From positions 5,783 to 69,782 of the forward strand of contig CALVRU010000003.1 of the NCBI GenBank assembly GCA_944358775.1: a DNA stretch of 64,000 nucleotides. The letters run 5' to 3'. Under the pieces are notes generated by a model. That model was not told where the DNA came from. It was given only the letters and a program-made list of their open reading frames with translations, and made no database searches. The DNA comes from an uncultured Bacilli bacterium (GTDB taxonomy: Bacteria; Bacillota_I; Bacilli_A; RF39; UBA660). Numbering within the stretch: position 1 is the first letter of the stretch; each line of letters starts with the position of its first letter. Shown here piece by piece: positions 27,424 to 35,686 of the stretch. Made by a program: the position numbers and the translations under genes.

Positions 27424-28608
27424 ATGCGTATTCTATCTTTTTTGCTATGGCCCATATTTCTTTTGTTTGTTTTGGTTATTAGTATTTTTCCAATTCAAAT
27501 AGCGAAGGAAGATTCGTTAGAATATCTTGCCCCTTTTGAAGTATCTGTTTATGAGGATGCGATGTTATCTGATTTTGTTCAAGTAAAGAATGGAACATTA
27601 GAAGACGTTGCCATCGACACTTCTAGCTTGGGTATCCAACCGATTTCTTTTTCTTATCGAGATCAACAAGGAGTGCGGAAAAAGCGGACGATTGGAATTC
27701 AGGTGGTCGATCATACGCCGCCTTTGATTTGGTTAAGTAATTCTTATACGGTTGTAAAAGGAACGACTTCTTTTATCGAAGACATTTTATGTGGTGATAA
27801 CTATGACAAAGAACCGCATTGTTATATCGAGGGGGAATACAATTTAAATGAAGTGGGCAATTATCCACTTTTGTATGTAGCAGAAGATAAAAGTGGTAAT
27901 GTTGCGAAACAAGAGTTTACTTTAAACGTAATCGAGAAAAAAAAGGGAAGTTCGTCTTCTTCTAAAACGACGACATCTTTTCAAGAGATTTTAAAAAAGC
28001 ATCAAAGTGAACAGGTAATGGTCGGAATCGATGTATCGAAATGGCAAGGTGAAATCAATTTTGCAGAATTGAAAAAAGCAGGATGCGAGTTTATTATGAT
28101 TCGACTTGGTTCGCAAGGTGGGGTCTTAAAAGATTCGACGATCGATCCTTATTTTGAAGCGAATTTAAAGCAGGCAAAAGAACTTGGATTCCAAGTGGGA
28201 GTGTACTATTATTCGTATGCTTCGAGTACGGAAGAGGCCCGTTTACAAGCGGAATGGGTGTTATCGCAATTGAATGGGGAGAAGCTCGATTTGCCGATTG
28301 TATTTGATTGGGAATGTTGGAGTCATTTTCGAACGATGAAGATCAGTTTTTATGACTTAAATGAAATTAGCAATGCATTTTTAGATACGATTCAACAAGC
28401 GGGCTACGAAACGATGCATTATAGTAGTAAAAACTATTTAGAAAAGATTTGGACGACGATCGATCATGATGTCTGGTTAGCCCATTATACCAAGGCGACG
28501 AACTATCAAGGGGCATATCGAATGTGGCAACTTTGCAATAATGGCCGAATTGCGGGAATCGATGGCGATGTCGATATTGATTTGCTCTATTTGCAAGAAG
28601 GAGAATAA
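27424..28608 (+). CDS. membrane-anchored GH25-family muramidase with N-terminal Ig-like domain
   Basis: GIDVSKWQGEINF...GCEFIMIRLG plus downstream DxE/acidic residues typical of GH25 (Cpl-1/Lyz2-like). Confidence 0.65.
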   Translation: MRILSFLLWPIFLLFVLVISIFPIQIAKEDSLEYLAPFEVSVYEDAMLSDFVQVKNGTLEDVAIDTSSLGIQPISFSYRDQQGVRKKRTIGIQVVDHTPPLIWLSNSYTVVKGTTSFIEDILCGDNYDKEPHCYIEGEYNLNEVGNYPLLYVAEDKSGNVAKQEFTLNVIEKKKGSSSSSKTTTSFQEILKKHQSEQVMVGIDVSKWQGEINFAELKKAGCEFIMIRLGSQGGVLKDSTIDPYFEANLKQAKELGFQVGVYYYSYASSTEEARLQAEWVLSQLNGEKLDLPIVFDWECWSHFRTMKISFYDLNEISNAFLDTIQQAGYETMHYSSKNYLEKIWTTIDHDVWLAHYTKATNYQGAYRMWQLCNNGRIAGIDGDVDIDLLYLQEGE

Positions 28609-28678
28609 AATTCTCTTTTTTCTTGCCCGATTTCTGGTATTATAGTATAATTTTAACTAGTGAAGATAGGTGAAAGGT

Positions 28679-31624
28679 ATGTATTTAAAGGAAATAGAAG
28701 CAAGTGGTTTTAAATCTTTCGCGGATAAATTAAAAATTACGCTCGATGATAATATTACTTGTATTGTCGGTCCAAATGGAAGTGGAAAAAGTAATGTTGT
28801 CGATGCAGTACGTTGGGTTTTAGGAGAACAATCGGTTAAAAGTCTTCGGGGAGAAGGCAGTATGAGTGATGTTATTTTCTCAGGAAGTAAATCACGAAAT
28901 AGTTTGAATGTAGCTAGTGTCACTTTGACGTTCGATAATACGGATCATTATTTAAATGTTCCATATGACGAAGTGGCGGTCAAAAGAAGAGTATATCGGA
29001 CGGGTGAAAACGAATATTTTATCAATGGCGAAAAATGTCGCTTGAAAGACATTACTGATTTATTTTTAGATAGTGGAATCGGCAAAGAATCATTTAATAT
29101 TATTTCGCAAGGAGAAGTTCAAAAAATATTAAGTAATTCGCCACTTGATCGACGCAGTATTTTTGAAGAGGCAGCTGGTGTTTTAAAGTATAAAAAACGA
29201 AAAGAAGAAGCGCTTCGTAAATTAGATCGTACGCATGATAATCTCGATCGGGTGGAAGATATTATTGCTGAATTAGAAGTACAAGTAGGGCCTTTAAAAG
29301 AACAAAGTATTCGCGCAAAAGAATATTTGGAAGCAAAGAAGAATCTCGAGGATATCGAAGTTGCCTTAACGGTCTATGAAATCGATTTTATCAATGAGAA
29401 ATATCAACTTGCCAAGAAAAAAATGGAAGAGTTAAATAATAGCAAGTTGACTTTAGAAGGTCAAAATAGTGATGCGCGGACGGATCAATTAAAATTAGAT
29501 CTTTTAAAATTGGAAGAGACATTATCGGATTGCAATCGTCTTTTGTTGGAACAAACGCGCACCGAAGAAAAACTACGTGGCGAGAAGAATATGTTGAAAG
29601 AGCGTAGTAAATACGATGCGAAAGATGATCGAGTACATGATCAAATTGCCTCTTTAAAAGAAGCAAAGTTAAAGGTCGAAACAGAGGTCGCATTGCTTCA
29701 AGAACAAGTTTTAAATATGGAACAAGATCACAATCGGCGGGAAAAGGATCAGTTGACTTACGAACAGAATTTGCGTTTACTCGAGGAAAAGAGACGGGAT
29801 CTAGAAAAAGAAAGAGCGCTTAAGGACCGGGAACGTTTGGAAAGTATCCATCGTATTCAGATGTTAGAAAATTCCTTGGAAAATGGCAGTGGTCTACCAA
29901 ATAGTGTGCGAGCAATATTGAATCATCCGAAGTTAAGAGGAATTCATGATGTCATCGGTAACTTGTTTCAAGTAGATGAAAAATATTCGAAAGCGATGGA
30001 AATTGCGTTGGGGGCGAGCAAACAGTTTATCGTGGTTGATGATAGTAATAGTGCGAAGGATGCCATTCGTTATCTAAAAGAAAATAAATTAGGACGGGCT
30101 ACTTTTTTTCCATTGAATGTGATCAAACCAAAAGGGGTCGATTATGAGACACTCGATTTATTAAAGCAAGAAAGTGATTTTATTGATGTCGGTAGTAATT
30201 TGATTACGTTCGATAACGAATATCGTAATATTTTCACTAATCAACTTGGTAATGTTTTAATTGTCCGTGATATCGATGCGGCGACGCGAATTAGTAAGAT
30301 GATAAAGGAACGCTATAAAATTGTCACTTTGGATGGTGATGTCGTTCATGTCGGTGGTTCGATGACTGGTGGTACGATGACTTTTAGTAAAAGTATGATC
30401 ACGGAGCGAATCGAATTGGAAAAAGGAAAAGAAAAGCGCCAAGAATTAGAAGAAGTCGTCCAAGAGCTGGATCGGAAATGGAATGATCAAGAAAAAGAAA
30501 TCAGCACAATGGAACAAAAAGTGTACGAGAGTAAAGTGGCATCTTATTTAGCAAGTGAAGAGCTACGAAAGAAAAAAGAAGAGATGGAAGCGAAAAAAGA
30601 GTATTTGGAAGAAGTGACTTCCGAATTATCTAGTCTCGGTCATGTCGTCGATTCGTCTTTTTCTAAAGAAGAAGAACGAATTATGAATGCTTATTATGAA
30701 GCAATTCAAGAAAAAGAGAAAACACAGGAAGAAATCAAGCAGAAGACCAAAGAGAAAGAGCGGTTACAACAAGTGATCGATGAGTTGGAAGCCAAAAATA
30801 AAATGACCCAAAGTAATTTAAAACAGGTGGAAAATCAATTGAAAGAATTGGAAATTTCGACGAATCGGATGGATGTTCAATTAGATCATTATCTTTCTAT
30901 TTTAAGTGAAGATTATGAGTTGACCTATGAAAAAGCAAAAAGCAATTATCTATTGGTCGATGAAGTGGACGAGGCAAGAAGTAAAGTTGCAAATTATAAA
31001 AATCGTATCAAAGAAATCGGAATGGTTAATTTGGCTGCGATCGAAGAATTTGAGCGGGTCAATACGAGATATGAGTTTTTAACCAAACAGAAAGATGATT
31101 TATTACACGCCAAAGATACATTGCTTGAAATCATCGAAGAAATGGATCAAGTGATGATCGATGAATTCAAATCGACTTTCGACAAGATTCAAGTAGAATT
31201 TAAAAATGTTTTTACCCAATTATTCCATGGTGGAACCGCATCGTTGAAATTGACGGATCCAGATCATTTATTGGAAACCGGAATCGAAATTATTGCCTCG
31301 CCACCTGGAAAAAGATTAACGAGTATTTCACTTTTGTCCGGTGGGGAAAAGACACTTACTGCAATCAGTTTATTGTTTGCTATTCTAAATGTTCGAACCG
31401 TACCATTTTGTATTTTTGACGAAGTGGAAGCAGCGCTTGATGAAGCAAATGTCGAGCATTTTGGAAAATATTTGGAACACTACAAAGCAAAGACTCAGTT
31501 TTTGTTGATTACGCATAAGAAAAAGACAATGGAGTATGCTAATACACTTTATGGAATTACGATGCAAGAATCCGGAGTGTCAAAACTTGTCAGTGTTCGT
31601 TTTGAAGAAGGGAAAACAGCTTGA
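28679..31624 (+). CDS. smc: chromosome segregation protein SMC (short form)
   Basis: N-terminal Walker A IVGPNGSGKSNVVDA, long coiled coils, hinge region, C-terminal signature LSGGEKTLTAISLLFAI and Walker B IFDEVEAALD. Confidence 0.9.
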   Translation: MYLKEIEASGFKSFADKLKITLDDNITCIVGPNGSGKSNVVDAVRWVLGEQSVKSLRGEGSMSDVIFSGSKSRNSLNVASVTLTFDNTDHYLNVPYDEVAVKRRVYRTGENEYFINGEKCRLKDITDLFLDSGIGKESFNIISQGEVQKILSNSPLDRRSIFEEAAGVLKYKKRKEEALRKLDRTHDNLDRVEDIIAELEVQVGPLKEQSIRAKEYLEAKKNLEDIEVALTVYEIDFINEKYQLAKKKMEELNNSKLTLEGQNSDARTDQLKLDLLKLEETLSDCNRLLLEQTRTEEKLRGEKNMLKERSKYDAKDDRVHDQIASLKEAKLKVETEVALLQEQVLNMEQDHNRREKDQLTYEQNLRLLEEKRRDLEKERALKDRERLESIHRIQMLENSLENGSGLPNSVRAILNHPKLRGIHDVIGNLFQVDEKYSKAMEIALGASKQFIVVDDSNSAKDAIRYLKENKLGRATFFPLNVIKPKGVDYETLDLLKQESDFIDVGSNLITFDNEYRNIFTNQLGNVLIVRDIDAATRISKMIKERYKIVTLDGDVVHVGGSMTGGTMTFSKSMITERIELEKGKEKRQELEEVVQELDRKWNDQEKEISTMEQKVYESKVASYLASEELRKKKEEMEAKKEYLEEVTSELSSLGHVVDSSFSKEEERIMNAYYEAIQEKEKTQEEIKQKTKEKERLQQVIDELEAKNKMTQSNLKQVENQLKELEISTNRMDVQLDHYLSILSEDYELTYEKAKSNYLLVDEVDEARSKVANYKNRIKEIGMVNLAAIEEFERVNTRYEFLTKQKDDLLHAKDTLLEIIEEMDQVMIDEFKSTFDKIQVEFKNVFTQLFHGGTASLKLTDPDHLLETGIEIIASPPGKRLTSISLLSGGEKTLTAISLLFAILNVRTVPFCIFDEVEAALDEANVEHFGKYLEHYKAKTQFLLITHKKKTMEYANTLYGITMQESGVSKLVSVRFEEGKTA

Positions 31625-31673
31625 GTGAGCTGTTTTCGTTTGTTATAATAAAAATAGAATCGGGTCGATATAT

Positions 31674-32084
31674 ATGACTATTGTAGTAACCGTAAGTAAA
31701 GATTTTGGACTTTTGTTTCATCAGCGAAGACAAAGTCAAGATCGTCTACAAAGAGCTAATTTAAAAGCACTTATCGGAAGTTGTCCTCTTTATATGAATG
31801 CCTATAGTTATTCGTTATATCAGGACTTTTTTAAGGAAAGTAGTGTTGTTGCCGAAGATTTTTTGGATCTTTGTCCAAAAGATGGGTGGGCTTTGATAGA
31901 AGATCAGTCAATTCAAAAATATATTTCAAAAATTGATCAAGTGATTGTATATCAATGGAATCGTAGTTATCCGTCCGATACGTGGCTTGATATTTCGCTT
32001 GATTCGTTTCAGCTAGTAGAACAAGTGGACTTTGTCGGATCATCTCACGAGCGAATTACTCGATTGACGTATCAAAGGAGGTAG
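31674..32084 (+). CDS. hypothetical protein
   Basis: 136-aa ORF with no recognisable motif. Confidence 0.3.
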   Translation: MTIVVTVSKDFGLLFHQRRQSQDRLQRANLKALIGSCPLYMNAYSYSLYQDFFKESSVVAEDFLDLCPKDGWALIEDQSIQKYISKIDQVIVYQWNRSYPSDTWLDISLDSFQLVEQVDFVGSSHERITRLTYQRR

Positions 32085-32088
32085 CAGT

Positions 32089-32976
32089 ATGAAAAAAGTT
32101 CCTAAGTTTCTTTTTCTTCTTTTCTTTCTCGTTCTTTTTGGGATAACCGGTTGTTCGTCTTTTGCTCTTCCGGATGAGCCTTCTAACACGCCGAATCCAA
32201 CGATTGCGGTTCCGGATTATGATGAACAGCAAGTACTCGTATTAAATGATAATATTCCTAATTTTACGGATGAAGAATTATCTCGTACAGTTTTTGAACA
32301 CTATAGTGATCTTGATGAACTAGGACGCTGTGGGGTAGCTTTTGCAATGATTGGACCAGAGTTAATGCCAACGGAAGAACGTGGTAGTATTGCGTCGATT
32401 AAACCGAGTGGGTGGCATACGATTAAATATGATTTTATCGATGGTAAGTATTTATATAATCGCTGTCATTTAATCGGGTATCAATTAACGGGCGAAAATG
32501 CCAACGAAAAGAATTTAATTACTTGTACGCGAAAGATGAATGTAGAATTAATGTTACCGTTTGAGAACATGGTAGCAGATTATATCAAAGAGACCGGAAA
32601 TCATGTATTATATCGAGTTACACCTGTCTATGAAGGGAATAATTTAGTTGCTAAGGGCGTGGAAATGGAAGCAAAGTCGATAGAAGATAATGGAGAAAGT
32701 ATTTTATTCCATGTCTTTGTTTATAATGTACAAGATGGAGTCAAAATCGATTATGCTACTGGTGCTAGTGAAGCGGTTTTAAATCAGGAAAAAGATTCTG
32801 CCAAGGGGGAAACGACAACAACGGAAGAAGTTGAAATTCGTGGTAATGCGAGTTCTAAAATTTATCACTGTCCGAATCAGGCGGATTATGATGAGATGAA
32901 AGATTCACCGAATTTAATGATTTTTCATAGTGAAGAAGAAGCTCAAGCGGCCGGTTATCGGAAAGCAAAACGTTAA
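32089..32976 (+). CDS. secreted lipoprotein, DNA-entry/non-specific endonuclease-like, with a C-terminal His/Cys-containing motif
   Basis: Lipobox ...GITGC; GWHTIKYDFIDGKYLYNRCHLIGYQLTGENANEKNLITCTRKMN resembles EndA-type nuclease cores; C-terminal SKIYHCPNQADYDEM...EAQAAGYRKAK module. Confidence 0.45.
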   Translation: MKKVPKFLFLLFFLVLFGITGCSSFALPDEPSNTPNPTIAVPDYDEQQVLVLNDNIPNFTDEELSRTVFEHYSDLDELGRCGVAFAMIGPELMPTEERGSIASIKPSGWHTIKYDFIDGKYLYNRCHLIGYQLTGENANEKNLITCTRKMNVELMLPFENMVADYIKETGNHVLYRVTPVYEGNNLVAKGVEMEAKSIEDNGESILFHVFVYNVQDGVKIDYATGASEAVLNQEKDSAKGETTTTEEVEIRGNASSKIYHCPNQADYDEMKDSPNLMIFHSEEEAQAAGYRKAKR

Positions 32977-33032
32977 AACTTGCACTATTTTCCATTTTTT
33001 GGTATGATAAGGCACAAAAGTGAGATGGTCTT

Positions 33033-33392
33033 ATGAAATATGTATTAAAGATTGGCGAGAAAGAAACGGCACGATATGTTTTGTTCGAAAAAAACAGTGA
33101 ATTGTATCGTTTTTTATTATTTTTCGTAAATTGTAATATCGACGAAAAGGATCCAGTACGGTATCGTTGGTTTGGATATCTTTATGGTTATTTGTTAGCA
33201 AATATGGAATTTTATCCGATTGTTTCCCAGGAAGAAGCATCGAAATATCCTGTCTTTTTGCAGATTCCCGAAAACGATCCGGCGATTTTATTTTCACAAG
33301 AATTATTCTTCAGTCAAGATCATACGAAATCAGAAGAAGAAGCTTATCGAAATGGTTATAGGGATGGCAAAGAATATCGCAAGATAAAATAA
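33033..33392 (+). CDS. hypothetical protein
   Basis: 119-aa ORF followed by a strong terminator; the overlapping minus-strand ORF was rejected. Confidence 0.3.
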   Translation: MKYVLKIGEKETARYVLFEKNSELYRFLLFFVNCNIDEKDPVRYRWFGYLYGYLLANMEFYPIVSQEEASKYPVFLQIPENDPAILFSQELFFSQDHTKSEEEAYRNGYRDGKEYRKIK

Positions 33393-33437
33393 TATAAATC
33401 AGGTGGAATTATCGAATGTATAATATGCTCGAAAAAT

Positions 33438-33470
33438 GGAAACAATTTCCAATTCGGAAATTGTTTTTTT
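33438..33470 (+). terminator. rho-independent terminator
   Basis: GGAAACAATTTCC-aattc-GGAAATTGTTTT followed by a T-run. Confidence 0.6.
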
Positions 33471-33512
33471 ATGATAAAATAAAGGATAGAGTAGAGTTTC
33501 TTTTCCTTTAGG

Positions 33513-33543
33513 CTTGCAAAAATGCCTAGGGGGGGGGGTATAA
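33513..33543 (+). promoter_or_regulatory. promoter with G10 homopolymer in the spacer (candidate phase-variable promoter)
   Basis: TTGCAA (33513-33518), 19-nt spacer containing G10 (33528-33537), TATAAT (33538-33543), then an RBS GAGGTG and the ATG at 33571. Confidence 0.5.
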
Positions 33544-33570
33544 TGATTTATAGAATAGTAGAGGTGTAGC

Positions 33571-35574
33571 ATGAATAAGAAAAAAAGAATGATTTTAATA
33601 GGAAGCAGTTTGATGGCGTTGTTATTCGTTACAGTAGGAGTCACGTATGCTTTCTATATCTATCGAGGTCAAGGTCAAAAAGAGAATACAGTAAAGACCG
33701 GATCCTTAACTTTTGTCTATGATGAACAACGAGCAGAAGGAAATCAAGTGACGCTCACAAATGCGTTTCCAATGACCGATGACCAAGGAAAAGTTCAAAC
33801 GGGAGAAAATAATGTATTTGAGTTTCAGATCACTGCAACCACGAAAGGAGCACCTATTTCTTATGAGATCTATTTGACAAAAGAAGAAAGTTCGACGTTA
33901 TCGGAACAAGTGGTAAAAACCTATTTAACGAAAGTAACGGATAATAGTGAAACCGCAGTGGTAGATACGAGAAATCAAAGAGAGATCAACTTGTATAGTG
34001 AACTAGGAGATACCACATTAGTAGCACAAGGGAAGACGTTGTATCAAGAAACGATCCCAGCCAGTCAAGCAACTTATAATCAAACATTCCGGTATCGGAT
34101 GTGGATCGATGAAGATGCAAGTCAAATGCAAGATGGAGAATGGATTTATAATGGAAAGAGTTTCAGTGTGAAAGTCAATGTATATGCATCCAATGAAGAA
34201 ATGAGAGCTCCATTAGAAGAAGTATTAGTCTATGAAGATACCACAACGGCAAATGTACCTGAGCTTGCCGAAGGAATGATCCCTGTTGTATATAGTATAA
34301 CGAAACATGCTTGGGTGAAACAAGATTTAGAGAAAAGTTATGCGTATCAAGAGCAAGTATGGGCGAATGCCGTAACCGTAGTAGAAAATGGAACGAATAC
34401 GAGAGAGTACTATCAAAGTGCCCCAGCAGAAACCGTTATACCGATGGAAGATATTAATACGATGTGGGTGTGGGTCCCAAGATATGAATACAAGTACACG
34501 AATTTAGGAACTCAATACGCTGGAGGAACAAAGGCACAACCAGGAGAGATTCAAATTAATTTTATTTCGAAAGAGACAACAAGTCCAAGTAGTAGCGAAT
34601 ACAAAGTACATCCAGCCTTTACGTTTGGCGAAGAAGAATTAAGTGGGATCTGGGTTGGAAAGTTCGAAACGACAGGAACACTCCCAAGTACCAATTACTG
34701 TAGAGATGAAAGTTGTAATGTAAGTACAGTTACGATTAAACCAGGAGTAACCTCTTTAAGAAATCAACAAGTAGCAAGTTTGTTCTATATGACAAGAAGT
34801 ATGCAGACAAACAATGCAAGTACGTATGGATTTGCAAGTGACAATAGTTATAATATCCATATGGCAAAGAATTCTGAATGGGGAGCAGTTGCTTATTTAA
34901 GTCAGAGTCGATATGGAAAATATGGTAATCCGGATTATGAAGGAGTAAACAAAGAGATTTATCAAAACAAATCTTCTTCTTTCATTACAGGAAGTAGCAA
35001 TGGAACGCCAAGTACCGAAAGTACGAATCCTCAAGTGAGTTATGATACACCTTATTCTGGATATGGGGCATCTACTACTGGAACCATTTATGGTATCTAT
35101 GATATGAGTGGCGGATCATGGGAATATGTGATGGGAAATTATAATCGATATTCTGGATATACAGCACGAAGTTACACTATAGAGGAAGCGAAAACAATTT
35201 TAGGAAGAACAGACAATCAAGCGATTGGAATCTGGAATAGTGGATTTAATGGTCCAGTATATGGAAAAGATAGTGATGGAAGTGAAATGAGTTGGACAAC
35301 AGGAGTTGAATTTCCAGAAGAGAAGTACTTCGATTTATATACAACTTCGAATGGAACAACAGCATGTAATGGAACATGTGATGGCCATGCTTTAACGGAG
35401 ACAGCCGGATGGTATAACGATTCCTCATGGATTGTTACGGCATCTAGTCCTTGGTTCGTTCGTGGTGGTGTCTGGAGCAGCACTGCGAATGCCGGTGTGT
35501 TCTATTCCAACGTCACGTACGGTATCGCGGGTGGCATCTACGCGTCTCGGGCGGTGTTGGCCCCATATTTATAA
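33571..35574 (+). CDS. large secreted protein: SipW-cognate-like signal peptide, beta-rich middle, C-terminal FGE-sulfatase (SUMF1)-like domain
   Basis: N-terminal ...TVGVTYAFYIYRGQGQKENTVKTGSLTFVY; C-terminal AKNSEWGAVAYLS and RGGVWSS...YASRAVL resemble FGE-domain motifs. Confidence 0.55.
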   Translation: MNKKKRMILIGSSLMALLFVTVGVTYAFYIYRGQGQKENTVKTGSLTFVYDEQRAEGNQVTLTNAFPMTDDQGKVQTGENNVFEFQITATTKGAPISYEIYLTKEESSTLSEQVVKTYLTKVTDNSETAVVDTRNQREINLYSELGDTTLVAQGKTLYQETIPASQATYNQTFRYRMWIDEDASQMQDGEWIYNGKSFSVKVNVYASNEEMRAPLEEVLVYEDTTTANVPELAEGMIPVVYSITKHAWVKQDLEKSYAYQEQVWANAVTVVENGTNTREYYQSAPAETVIPMEDINTMWVWVPRYEYKYTNLGTQYAGGTKAQPGEIQINFISKETTSPSSSEYKVHPAFTFGEEELSGIWVGKFETTGTLPSTNYCRDESCNVSTVTIKPGVTSLRNQQVASLFYMTRSMQTNNASTYGFASDNSYNIHMAKNSEWGAVAYLSQSRYGKYGNPDYEGVNKEIYQNKSSSFITGSSNGTPSTESTNPQVSYDTPYSGYGASTTGTIYGIYDMSGGSWEYVMGNYNRYSGYTARSYTIEEAKTILGRTDNQAIGIWNSGFNGPVYGKDSDGSEMSWTTGVEFPEEKYFDLYTTSNGTTACNGTCDGHALTETAGWYNDSSWIVTASSPWFVRGGVWSSTANAGVFYSNVTYGIAGGIYASRAVLAPYL

Positions 35575-35686
35575 AGACACTATTATTCTGAAAAGAAATG
35601 AAGTAGAAAAATCATTTCTTTTTCTTTTGCTATCTTTTTTAAAATCAATTATAATAGAGATGAACGTGGAAAAGGTAGTGATAAGA

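Noticed and set aside
33031-33297. Minus-strand 88-aa ORF overlapping the 33033 gene
   Set aside because: The plus-strand ORF is longer and is followed by a strong plus-strand terminator; the minus ORF is likely a shadow.
33399-33644. Minus-strand 81-aa ORF over the poly-G promoter
   Set aside because: Covers the terminator, promoter and start of the 33571 gene; no RBS.
35432-35686. 5' extension of the mutL ORF (MLRHLVLGSF...)
   Set aside because: Created by the GC-rich patch; MutL homology and the RBS begin at 35687; the extension overlaps the upstream gene in another frame.
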